Part shown: positions 29,228-37,497 of the stretch, in pieces
Layout of the letters: each line of letters begins with the position of its first letter
Numbering within the stretch: position 1 is the stretch's first letter
NCBI GenBank assembly: GCA_963740355.1
Contig: CAVUDW010000002.1
Location: 160,001-224,000 of the forward strand
Length of the DNA: 64,000 bases
Reading direction: 5' to 3'
Origin: an uncultured Gemmatimonadaceae bacterium
GTDB taxonomy: Bacteria; Gemmatimonadota; Gemmatimonadetes; Gemmatimonadales; Gemmatimonadaceae
The notes under the pieces: generated by a model
What the model saw: the letters and a program-made list of their open reading frames with translations, nothing else
What the model was told of the DNA's origin: nothing
The model's database searches: none
Made by a program: the position numbers and the translations under genes

Positions 29228-30325
29228 CTAGTCATCGATCGTATGGGTACCGGCCCACTGACGCCCGAACTTTTCCTTCTGCCGCATCACGAAGGCCAGC
29301 ACTTCGGCGACGGCCACATACAACTCGATCGGGATCTGCGTCCCTGGGCCAGCCTTGCTGGCGAGGAGCGCACGTGCCACCGGAATGTTCTCCACCACCG
29401 GCACCCCGTGCTCGAAGGCCAGCTTCTTGATCCGCTCGGCGATCTTGCGCTGGCCGATCGCGACGATGATCGGGGCCGGTGCCACCATCGGGTCGTACTT
29501 GATCGCGACCGCGATGTGGATCGGGTTCACGATCACGACGTCGGCGGTGGCGACGTTGGACATCATGCGCTTGCGGGTCAGCGCGCGCTGGGCGCTGCGG
29601 ATGCGCTGCTTGTTCATCGGATCGCCGTCGGCATCGCGCGCCTCGTCCTTCAGCTCCTGCTTCGACATCATCAGGCTCTTGTGCCAGCGCCACCACTGGA
29701 AGCCATAGTCGGCGGCACCGAGCGCGATGAAGGCGATGCCGGCGTGACGGAGCAGGTCGATCGCATGCTTCTGGAAAAGGACAGCGACCCCCATCGGACC
29801 ATGCTGTGCCAGTCCGAGCACATCGCGCCACATGTCATCCACTGCGCTATACACGACGCTGCCGATGATGATCAGCTTGACGATGCTCTTGACCAGGTTC
29901 GCGATGCCCTGCGACCCGAACATGCTCTTGAAGTTGTTGAGCGGATTGAGCTTCTGCCACGACGGCTCGAGCGGCTTGAGGCTGAGAATGCCGCGGGCCT
30001 GCAGGGCGTTGGCCACGAGACTGATGCCGGCGAACGCACCGATCAACAGTGACAGCTGGCCGAGGGTACGCCAGCCGAGTGCAATCGTGTCATACAACAG
30101 GTCCTGCGGTTCGCGCAGGTTGGCGCCGGCGTTGTAGAGGCCTGCGGTCATCGTCTGGACGAGATACCGCCCCATGGCTGGCGCCACATTTGCAAACACG
30201 ACCGCCGCACCGAACAACATCGCCGCCGTCGTGAACTCGGCGCTGCGCGGGATGTTGCCCTTCTCTCGTTCATCCGAGAGTCGTTTGCCAGATGGGTCTT
30301 CTGTCTTGTCGGTATCGTCGGCCAT
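29228..30325 (-). CDS. flhB: Flagellar export substrate-switch protein
   Basis: DKTEDPS..R..G..RS, MSKQELKDE..DGDP, the autocleavage motif NPIH, and LYVAVAEVLA. Confidence 0.96.
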   Translation of the reverse strand: MADDTDKTEDPSGKRLSDEREKGNIPRSAEFTTAAMLFGAAVVFANVAPAMGRYLVQTMTAGLYNAGANLREPQDLLYDTIALGWRTLGQLSLLIGAFAGISLVANALQARGILSLKPLEPSWQKLNPLNNFKSMFGSQGIANLVKSIVKLIIIGSVVYSAVDDMWRDVLGLAQHGPMGVAVLFQKHAIDLLRHAGIAFIALGAADYGFQWWRWHKSLMMSKQELKDEARDADGDPMNKQRIRSAQRALTRKRMMSNVATADVVIVNPIHIAVAIKYDPMVAPAPIIVAIGQRKIAERIKKLAFEHGVPVVENIPVARALLASKAGPGTQIPIELYVAVAEVLAFVMRQKEKFGRQWAGTHTIDD

Positions 30326-30332
30326 CGGTCTG

Positions 30333-31136
30333 CTACTTCACGCCTGACAGCATGGGACCGATGTACCGGTTCAGCATCTCGTCGTGATACGACGTCCAGC
30401 CGGTGAACCAGACGGCGGTGAGGCTGAGCGCGGCGGCGAGGGTGAAGAGACCGGCAACGATCTGCAGTGGGAAGGCGACGGTGATGATCTGCAGCTGCGG
30501 AGCCGCGCGCGTCAGGATTGCGAGCGAGACGTTGGTCAGCATCGTGGCCGCCATCACGGGCGCGGAGAACATCACGCCGAGTGAAATCAACTGGCCACCC
30601 ATCTTCGACATCGCCAGCATGCCGGCGCTGAGATCGGGCACGGTGCCGATCGGGATCACATCGAGCGAGGTGCCAAGGCTGTTGATCATGACCAGATGCC
30701 CGCCGCTGGAGAACAGCAGCAGGGTGACGAAGGCCGTCATGAACTGACCGAGCACCGGCACCTGGATGTTCGTCATCGGATCGAGCACACTGGCGCCGGC
30801 GAGGCCCATCTGCACCGACATCAGGTCGCCGGATGCCGATGCAGCGCCCAGCACCAGCGCCGTGCCGAGCCCAAGGCCGAAGCCGACGAGTGTCTCGCTG
30901 AACAGCGTCAACGGCGTCAGGATCGGTAGCGAGTGCGCGTGTGCACGTGCCACCGGAACCAGCACCACCGAAAACAACACCAGGATCGCGGTACGAAGCT
31001 TCATCGGCACCGACTTCGAGGTGAAGACCGGTGCGATCAGCAGCAGTCCACCGATGCGCGCGGCGAGCAGGATGAACGAGGCGGCGCCGGCGGAAGTCAG
31101 CAGGTCCGGAATGGCCGCCGTGACGGCGGAATTCAC
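30333..31136 (-). CDS. fliR: Flagellar export protein FliR
   Basis: ARIGG..APVF, QMGL..LDP, GGHL and RAAPQLQI..FPL. The GTG start overlaps the fliP stop. Confidence 0.93.
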   Translation of the reverse strand: MNSAVTAAIPDLLTSAGAASFILLAARIGGLLLIAPVFTSKSVPMKLRTAILVLFSVVLVPVARAHAHSLPILTPLTLFSETLVGFGLGLGTALVLGAASASGDLMSVQMGLAGASVLDPMTNIQVPVLGQFMTAFVTLLLFSSGGHLVMINSLGTSLDVIPIGTVPDLSAGMLAMSKMGGQLISLGVMFSAPVMAATMLTNVSLAILTRAAPQLQIITVAFPLQIVAGLFTLAAALSLTAVWFTGWTSYHDEMLNRYIGPMLSGVK

Positions 31137-32686
31137 CGGAAGCTCTGCACGAGGCCCGTGACGACCAGCCCCCACCCATCGACCAGCACGAACAACAGCA
31201 GCTTGAATGGCAGCGAGATCATGGCTGGCGGCAACATCACCATGCCCATGCTCATCAGCACCGAGCCGACGACGACGTCGATCACGATGAACGGCAGGAA
31301 GAGTGCGAAGCCGATCTGGAACGAGGTGCGCAGCTCGCTGGTGACGAAGGCGCTCATCAGGATCGTGAGCGGCACGGCTTCACGTGACTCGGGCTGCTTG
31401 ATATCCGCGAGGTCGACGAAGGTCTGCAGGTCCTGGTCGCGCACCTGTCGCAGCATGAATGCCTTGAACGGCACCACCGCGCGCGACATCATCTCGACCT
31501 GCTCGATCTTGCCATCCATCCACGGTTCGAGCGCGTTCGTGTTGACGTCCTTGAGCGTCGGGCCCATCACGAAGCCGCTCAGCAACAACGCCATCGCGGC
31601 CAGCAACTGCCCTGGTGGTGCGGACTGTGTGCCCAGTGCCTGCTTGAGGAAATGCAGCACGATGAGGATGCGCGTGAAGCCCGTCATCATCAGCAGCAAC
31701 ACGGGGAGCATCGAGAGCAGGCCCATCATGACCACGACACCAACTGTGCCGCTCATGCGGAGCCCTTCGCCTGCACCGCCGCCGCCGATCTTGAGGTCCA
31801 TCTGTGGCGCCAGCTTGGCGATCATGCTGTCAGCACGCCCTGCGATGCGCTGTGCTTCCTGTGTGGTGAGCGGGCCATTGCCTTCGGCGCGCTTCTGCAG
31901 TGCGGCGATGTCTCGCGCCTGCGGGGCCGGCATCAGCGGAGAAATCGTGGCTTCGCCACCGCTCTTCGATCCGGTGGCTGCTGGCTTCGACGGACTCGGC
32001 GCCTGCACCTGCGGATCGATGCGCTTGGGCAGATCGCGCGGGCCTGGCTGCGGTGCGGCCGGCGGCAGGGTGCGAATGCCGGGTTGTGTGTTCGCCTGTG
32101 TATTGGGAGCCGTCGTCGGCCCGGTGGTGCGCGCGGGCGTGGCAGTGGTTGGCGCCGGGCGTGCCGGTGCCTGTTGTGCGGACAGCGTGGTGGCACCGAT
32201 CGCGCCAAGCATCACGATCAGTGCGCGAAGCACCGAACCGCGAAGTGCATCGCCGAGCACCTTTCGGAAGCTGGAACCGATGGTCACGTCACTTGGCGTT
32301 TCGCGCGCGTCACCGAAGATGCTCGAGGCGGCGATGCCGGGGAATTGGAGCGAGCCGTTGGATGACACGCCGACCTGCTGCTCGTGCTGCGCATGCTCGA
32401 CATCGACTGCGTCGACGGTCGCGTCGGTTGACTGCGCGGGCATCGTGAACAAGGTGCGCACGCCACCATCACCGACACTGACGCCGATCAACAGGTCGCC
32501 GCGCTGTACGATGGCGATGCCCTGTCGTTGACCGAGCGGAATACGCTGCACCACGGAGAACGCCTCGTTGCCTGCTGCGCGCGTCGCGCCCGGCATGAAT
32601 CGCTTCGCGAGCTTGGCGACCAGCAGCACCAGGCCGAGCACGAAGGCCAGCGTGGCGAGCATGCCGAGGTACCCGGCAACCGTCAT
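31133..32686 (-). CDS. fliP: Fused FliO-FliP export protein
   Basis: N-terminal ~80 aa is FliO-like (TM, then VVQRIPLGQRQGIAIVQ). C-terminus is FliP (FTRILIVL..ALGTQSAPP, AFVTSELRTSFQIGF, PFKLLLFVLVDGW). Confidence 0.9.
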   Translation of the reverse strand: MTVAGYLGMLATLAFVLGLVLLVAKLAKRFMPGATRAAGNEAFSVVQRIPLGQRQGIAIVQRGDLLIGVSVGDGGVRTLFTMPAQSTDATVDAVDVEHAQHEQQVGVSSNGSLQFPGIAASSIFGDARETPSDVTIGSSFRKVLGDALRGSVLRALIVMLGAIGATTLSAQQAPARPAPTTATPARTTGPTTAPNTQANTQPGIRTLPPAAPQPGPRDLPKRIDPQVQAPSPSKPAATGSKSGGEATISPLMPAPQARDIAALQKRAEGNGPLTTQEAQRIAGRADSMIAKLAPQMDLKIGGGGAGEGLRMSGTVGVVVMMGLLSMLPVLLLMMTGFTRILIVLHFLKQALGTQSAPPGQLLAAMALLLSGFVMGPTLKDVNTNALEPWMDGKIEQVEMMSRAVVPFKAFMLRQVRDQDLQTFVDLADIKQPESREAVPLTILMSAFVTSELRTSFQIGFALFLPFIVIDVVVGSVLMSMGMVMLPPAMISLPFKLLLFVLVDGWGLVVTGLVQSFR

Positions 32687-33078
32687 CCGACCAACTCCGC
32701 ACCGGCGCCGCGGCTGATGATGCGCGTCACGCGCACGCCGAAGTTTTCACCCAGCACCACGACTTCACCCTCGGCGAAGCGACGATCACCGACATAGATG
32801 TCGATCGGCTCGCCGGCGAGGCGTTCCAGCTGCACCACTGATCCACGACCGAGCTGCAGGATTTCCTGCACCGACATCGTGGTGCGCCCGAGTTCGATCG
32901 CGACGGGCAGCGTGAGGTCCATCAACATGCTCATCGGCACTTCGCCGTTGGCACCGATGGCTGCATCGAGCTCGGAGTAGTCGGAGCCGAATTCCTCGGA
33001 CGCGGCTGCGCTGGCGTCCTGCAGCGGCAGGCCGGCGTTCTTGGCAGCGATCAGTGCTGCAATCTCGTCCTGATTCAT
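32683..33078 (-). CDS. fliN: Motor switch protein FliN
   Basis: DLTLPVAIELGRT, GSVVQLERLAGEP and GEVVV..NFGVRVT. Confidence 0.95.
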   Translation of the reverse strand: MNQDEIAALIAAKNAGLPLQDASAAASEEFGSDYSELDAAIGANGEVPMSMLMDLTLPVAIELGRTTMSVQEILQLGRGSVVQLERLAGEPIDIYVGDRRFAEGEVVVLGENFGVRVTRIISRGAGAELVG

Positions 33079-34115
33079 GGCGTTTCCTGGTCCGCGGTGG
33101 TGAGTGTGCCGATGATGCGATTTTCAGGGATGCGACCTTCCGTGATGCGTGCCGCGAGCTTGCCGCCGGTGCGTCCAGCCGTCGCCACCAATCGCGGCTG
33201 GCCCGAGACCGTGACGGAGAGCAGCGAGTTGGCACTGAGCCCGGTATTGATCACGGAGCCTGGCGCGAGTTGCGAGAGGTCCTTCATGCTGAGGCGGAAC
33301 TCCGGCAGGCGGGCGGCCACTGGGACATTCGTCACGCGCAGTGATGCTTCGGTCTGGCGACGTTGCGTGCGCAGTTCTGCCTCGCTGCGTGCGGTGCTCG
33401 AAACTCGACGGGTGTCGGCGCTGGTGAAGTATTCCTCGAGCGAGGCAAAGGGCAGGCAGATCATCATCAGCGACGAGATGTTCGTGGCTGAGATCTCCAC
33501 GTTCGCCACCAGCACGGGGTCTTCACGTGCGCAGACCTGCAGGATTTCCGGCGCGGCCTCGAAGCCGCTGATCTGCAACTCGATCGGCATCACTTCGTGC
33601 CACACGTCGCGCACGATAGACGATGCGCGGTCGGCGACGATGCGCACCGCGTCCTGCTCGAGCGCTGTCAGTGGACGATTCATGACGGTTGGCGCACTGC
33701 CACCGCCGAAGAGTCGATCGACGAGGAAGAAGGCGAAGTCGGTGCCAAAATCGATGACACCCTGGAGGCCGTTCTTGCCGTTGATGTCCATCACGTAGCT
33801 GCAGCAGGGCGTCGGCAGCGAGAGCGTGAACTCGCCGAAGCTGAATTGCTCGACACTCTGCAGGCGGACTTCCACCTGGCCGCGCACGCGTGACATCAGG
33901 TAGCTCTCGAGATTCTTCACCATCCGTTCGTACATCGCCTCGATGGTGCGCAGGCGCTCCTTCGAGATGCGATGTGGCCGGCGGAAGTCGTAGCGCTGCA
34001 CTTCATGCTGCACCGGTGCGGCCTTGCGACCGGTGGCGGCGAGGTCGAGGGCACTGCCGGCGGCGCCGCCAAGAAGGCGGTCGATCTCGCTCTGGTTGAG
34101 GGTATCGTTCGCCAT
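33075..34115 (-). CDS. fliM: Motor switch protein FliM
   Basis: LNQSEIDRLL (CheY-binding), YDFRRPHRISKE, and a C-terminal SpoA domain. Confidence 0.95.
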   Translation of the reverse strand: MANDTLNQSEIDRLLGGAAGSALDLAATGRKAAPVQHEVQRYDFRRPHRISKERLRTIEAMYERMVKNLESYLMSRVRGQVEVRLQSVEQFSFGEFTLSLPTPCCSYVMDINGKNGLQGVIDFGTDFAFFLVDRLFGGGSAPTVMNRPLTALEQDAVRIVADRASSIVRDVWHEVMPIELQISGFEAAPEILQVCAREDPVLVANVEISATNISSLMMICLPFASLEEYFTSADTRRVSSTARSEAELRTQRRQTEASLRVTNVPVAARLPEFRLSMKDLSQLAPGSVINTGLSANSLLSVTVSGQPRLVATAGRTGGKLAARITEGRIPENRIIGTLTTADQETP

Positions 34116-34125
34116 CGTCAGCGCA

Positions 34126-34722
34126 TCACTGGATCACGAACTGCGGGAAGCTCACTCGCTTGATGAGCTTCGGCTTCTTCGCGATCTTGCTGACGAGCGC
34201 CATGATCTCGACCTTGAGCGGCTCGCGCGCAGAGACTTCGGCGAGTTGCTCGACGGTCTTGGCGCCGACGAGTGCGAGGACTGCGTCCTTGATTTCGGCA
34301 TCACGCGCCTTCAGTGTCTCGACGCCGGCTGAGTCCTTCATGTCGAAGGCCACCGACAACATCAGGAATCGGGTGCCGCCGCTACCGGCTGGATTGAGAA
34401 CCAGGTCACTGATCGAATAGACCGGCGGTGGTGCAGCAGGCCCATGCTCCCCGCCGCCTGCCGGCGCTTCATGCTCGCCTTCGGCCGCCGCAGCGTCCTC
34501 GCCGGTGCTGTCGGCTGAATGCTTCGGCGTGTGGGCGGCGAGCTCAGCGGGGGTGAGATTGGCGATCAGTCCGGCAGTGAGCTTGGGGCCCACGACCTTG
34601 GCACCGACAAAGCCGCCGGCGCCCACGCCTACCAGGGCGAGAACGAGGGGCATCACGAAGGGTGGAAGTCCCTTCTTTTTCGGTTCGGTGCCTTCTTCGG
34701 TACCAGTCTCTTCTTCGGCCAT
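34126..34722 (-). CDS. fliL: Flagellar basal body-associated protein
   Basis: N-terminal TM, LVLNPAG..RFL, IKDAV, and C-terminal FPQFVIQ. Confidence 0.9.
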   Translation of the reverse strand: MAEEETGTEEGTEPKKKGLPPFVMPLVLALVGVGAGGFVGAKVVGPKLTAGLIANLTPAELAAHTPKHSADSTGEDAAAAEGEHEAPAGGGEHGPAAPPPVYSISDLVLNPAGSGGTRFLMLSVAFDMKDSAGVETLKARDAEIKDAVLALVGAKTVEQLAEVSAREPLKVEIMALVSKIAKKPKLIKRVSFPQFVIQ

Positions 34723-34770
34723 GGGGCGATCCTGATGAACGTGTGGACGGAGTGCGTCTGTCCTCGTTCA

Positions 34771-34787
34771 AAGCAGTGACCATGCCG
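34771..34787 (-). promoter_or_regulatory. Sigma54 -24/-12 promoter of the fliL operon
   Basis: Minus strand CGGCATGGTCACTGCTT. Dyad at 34815-34839; perfect CGGCAATCTGTGCCG at 34884-34898. Confidence 0.72.
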
Positions 34788-34994
34788 GACCAGCCTGAAG
34801 CGGCTGGATGTACCTAAGGCGTTGTTGTGTAGAGACTTAGCAAACTCTGGCCGTCAGCCGCTGAGGCGGCGGATCCGGCTGGGCGGCAATCTGTGCCGGG
34901 AAACGGATGCCCAATCTTGCCGAGTGGGGGCGGTTGGGGCGGCGGGGTGGCGCCGGTGAGGGTGGCGAGCTGCCCATGCAGCCCGCCGCCCTCG

Positions 34995-35276
34995 CGATCG
35001 AGATCTCTGACCCCTTGATCGGGCGCCAACCGCTTGGCTACCAACACGTTAGGCCAGAAACGCCGTGATCAAGATCTCTGACCCCTTGATCGGGAGCCAA
35101 GCATTTCGATCGAGATCTCTGACCCCTTGATCGGGGGCCAACCGCTTGGCCACCAACAGGTTAGGCCAGAAATGCCGCGTTCCAGATCTCTGACCCCTTG
35201 ATCGGGAGCCAACCACTTGGCCACCAACGAGTTAGGCCAGGAAAGATGCGTTCGAGATCTCCGACCCCTTGATCGG
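34995..35276. repeat. Intergenic tandem array with five AGATCTCYGACCCCTTGATCGG cores and a 71-bp unit
   Basis: Cores start at 35001, 35072, 35113, 35184 and 35255 (spacings 71, 41, 71, 71). Linkers are near-identical to each other. Confidence 0.92.
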
Positions 35277-35288
35277 CCTACCTAGCTA

Positions 35289-36704
35289 CTACCGCTTCAG
35301 GTTCACCAGCTCTTCCAGCATCGAGTCGCTGGTGGTGATCATGCGGCTGTTGGCCTGGAAGCCGCGCTGGGCGACGATCAGGTTGGTGAATTCCTGCGCC
35401 AGGTCGACGTTCGACATTTCGAGCGCGCCGCTGGTCATGAAGCTCTGGCTCCCCTGCAGGGCGTAGCCGAGCACCGCGCCGCCCGAGTTGCCGCTGGTGG
35501 CGTACATGTTGTCGCCCGTGCGGAGCAGGCCGGCCGGGTTGTTGAAGTCGGCGAGCACGATCTGGCCCAGCGTCTGGTTGACGCCGTTGGTGAAGGCGCC
35601 GCTGATCACGCCGGTGCGGTCGATGCTGAAGTTCTGCAGCTGGCCGCTGGTGTAGCCGTCCTGGTCGCGGAGCACCGCGGTGCCGTTGCCGGCGAACTGC
35701 GTGATGCCGCCGAGGGTGCCGGTCACGCCGGTGCCGCTGACTGACGCGCCGAGGTTCATCGAGACCGACATCTGCGCGCCGCCTGGGCCGTTGATCGTCA
35801 GCGTCGGGCTGGCGACTGCCGTGCCGGCCGACGGACCACCGACGATCTCCGACTGCACCAGCAGTGCGGTGGACGGATCGAAGGTGAACTGGCCGGTGAC
35901 GGTGCCACCGCCGGCGATCGCTGCACCGGGCGTGTCGGCGCCGAGCGTGTAGCCGGGCGGCAACGACGTTTCGTCCATCTGCCAATCCCACTGGTTGGCA
36001 CCGGTCTTCCACATCCACATCTTGGCGTCGATTTTGTTGCCAAGTGCGTCGAAAATGCCGATGGTCCCGTTGGTGAAGGTGCCCGAGTTGGCCGTGACCG
36101 AGCGCGTGTCGGGACCGAAGCCGCCGACCAGCGGTCCGGCGCCGTCCGGATCGGCGGCGTTGAAGATGCCAGCCGACGAATTCAGGTTGCCTGCGACCGT
36201 GACCTTGGTGGTGGCGTGTGCGGCAACCTTCTGGCCGAACGGCAACACGATGTCGGTGATGGTGTCGTTGAGGATTCCGTCTTCGGCCATGCGACCCTGC
36301 ACGATGAAGCCGTTCGTCGGCGACACCATGCGGCCTTCAGCGTCAGGCTGGAAGTTGCCGGAGCGCGTGTAGTACGTCTCGCTGCCCTTTCGCACGACGA
36401 AGAAGGCATCACCCTGCATGGCGAGGTCGGTGTTGACGCCGGTGGTCTCGACGTTGCCCTGCGTGAAGAGCTGGTCCACGGAACCGATCAGCGAGCCGAG
36501 GCCGATCTGCACCGGGTTCACACCGCCCTGGTCACCAGGCGGACGGCTGGCGCCGGAGAGCAGCTGCGCGAAGCCTTCCTTGAAGGTCACGCGGCCGCTC
36601 TTGAAGCCGACGGTGTTCACGTTTGCGATGTTGTTGCCGATGACGTCCATGCGAACCTGGTGGTTCCGAAGACCCGAGACGCCGGCGAAAAGAGAGCGAA
36701 GCAT
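35289..36704 (-). CDS. flgE: Flagellar hook protein
   Basis: MLRSLFAGVSGL, GNNIANVNTVGFK and LEMSNVDLAQEFTNLIVAQRGFQANS. Confidence 0.96.
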   Translation of the reverse strand: MLRSLFAGVSGLRNHQVRMDVIGNNIANVNTVGFKSGRVTFKEGFAQLLSGASRPPGDQGGVNPVQIGLGSLIGSVDQLFTQGNVETTGVNTDLAMQGDAFFVVRKGSETYYTRSGNFQPDAEGRMVSPTNGFIVQGRMAEDGILNDTITDIVLPFGQKVAAHATTKVTVAGNLNSSAGIFNAADPDGAGPLVGGFGPDTRSVTANSGTFTNGTIGIFDALGNKIDAKMWMWKTGANQWDWQMDETSLPPGYTLGADTPGAAIAGGGTVTGQFTFDPSTALLVQSEIVGGPSAGTAVASPTLTINGPGGAQMSVSMNLGASVSGTGVTGTLGGITQFAGNGTAVLRDQDGYTSGQLQNFSIDRTGVISGAFTNGVNQTLGQIVLADFNNPAGLLRTGDNMYATSGNSGGAVLGYALQGSQSFMTSGALEMSNVDLAQEFTNLIVAQRGFQANSRMITTSDSMLEELVNLKR

Positions 36705-36825
36705 GTGCGAGGAGGGATGGAGGTGGACTACAGCGTGCGAAAGTGTGTCAGTGGGAGCCAGAGCTCCACGGGAGCATCGATTGCGGCGGACACGTCGTGT
36801 GACGCGCGACCTGCGTTGCAGCCTG

Positions 36826-37497
36826 CTACTTGGTGCTGACTTCGGTGACGGACGTGAGCGGGATGTAGAGGCGGCCGACCACGTACTGCAAACCATCGGC
36901 GGTGGACTGCACACCGGTCACGGTGCCGCGCACGGAGGTGGTGTAGTCCACGGCCTTCGTCGCATCCGACGACACGACCGAGACGCGATACACACCCGGC
37001 GGCAGTTCCTTGAGCGCCTGGCCGACGACGATGTTGTTGTCACCGCTGGCAAGGGAACCCATGTTCTTCGATGCCACGATCGAGCCGGTCTTCGGGTCGT
37101 AGACATTGAGCGTGGCCGGTCCGCCAAGGCCGCTCACCGTCAGCGTTTCGTTGCCGCTGCCATCGAGTTGCAACAGGTCGCTCCTGGCCGTGACCACGCG
37201 ACCGATGTTGCTGCTCATCGCACCCGCGGCGACCTGTGAGATCAGTGCGGCCTGCGACGACGACTGCGCACTCAACGTCTCGTTGATGTTCGTGAGCTGT
37301 TCGACGCTCGAGAACTGCGCCAGCTGCGCGGCCATCTGGCTGCTGTCAGCCGGATTCTGGGGATCCTGGTTCTTCAGCTGCGCGACCAGCAGTTTGAGGA
37401 AGGCATCCTTGCCGAGTGAGTTCTTCGAGTTCATGGCCGACAGTACGCCGGCAGAATTCGACGCGGTGGTGCTGGTACTCGATCCGACGGTACTCAT
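36826..37497 (-). CDS. flgD: Hook capping protein
   Basis: [30 protein letters not shown]. Confidence 0.95.
   Translation of the reverse strand: MSTVGSSTSTTASNSAGVLSAMNSKNSLGKDAFLKLLVAQLKNQDPQNPADSSQMAAQLAQFSSVEQLTNINETLSAQSSSQAALISQVAAGAMSSNIGRVVTARSDLLQLDGSGNETLTVSGLGGPATLNVYDPKTGSIVASKNMGSLASGDNNIVVGQALKELPPGVYRVSVVSSDATKAVDYTTSVRGTVTGVQSTADGLQYVVGRLYIPLTSVTEVSTK

Noticed and set aside
30933..32531. Long antisense ORFs (e.g. 532 aa here, 459 aa at 48961-50340, 414 aa at 60183-61427)
   Set aside because: They are shadows of well-supported genes in high-GC DNA and have no recognisable motifs.
34995..35276. Possible CRISPR array
   Set aside because: The linkers are near-identical rather than unique spacers, one unit is truncated, and there are no cas genes or leader in the window.
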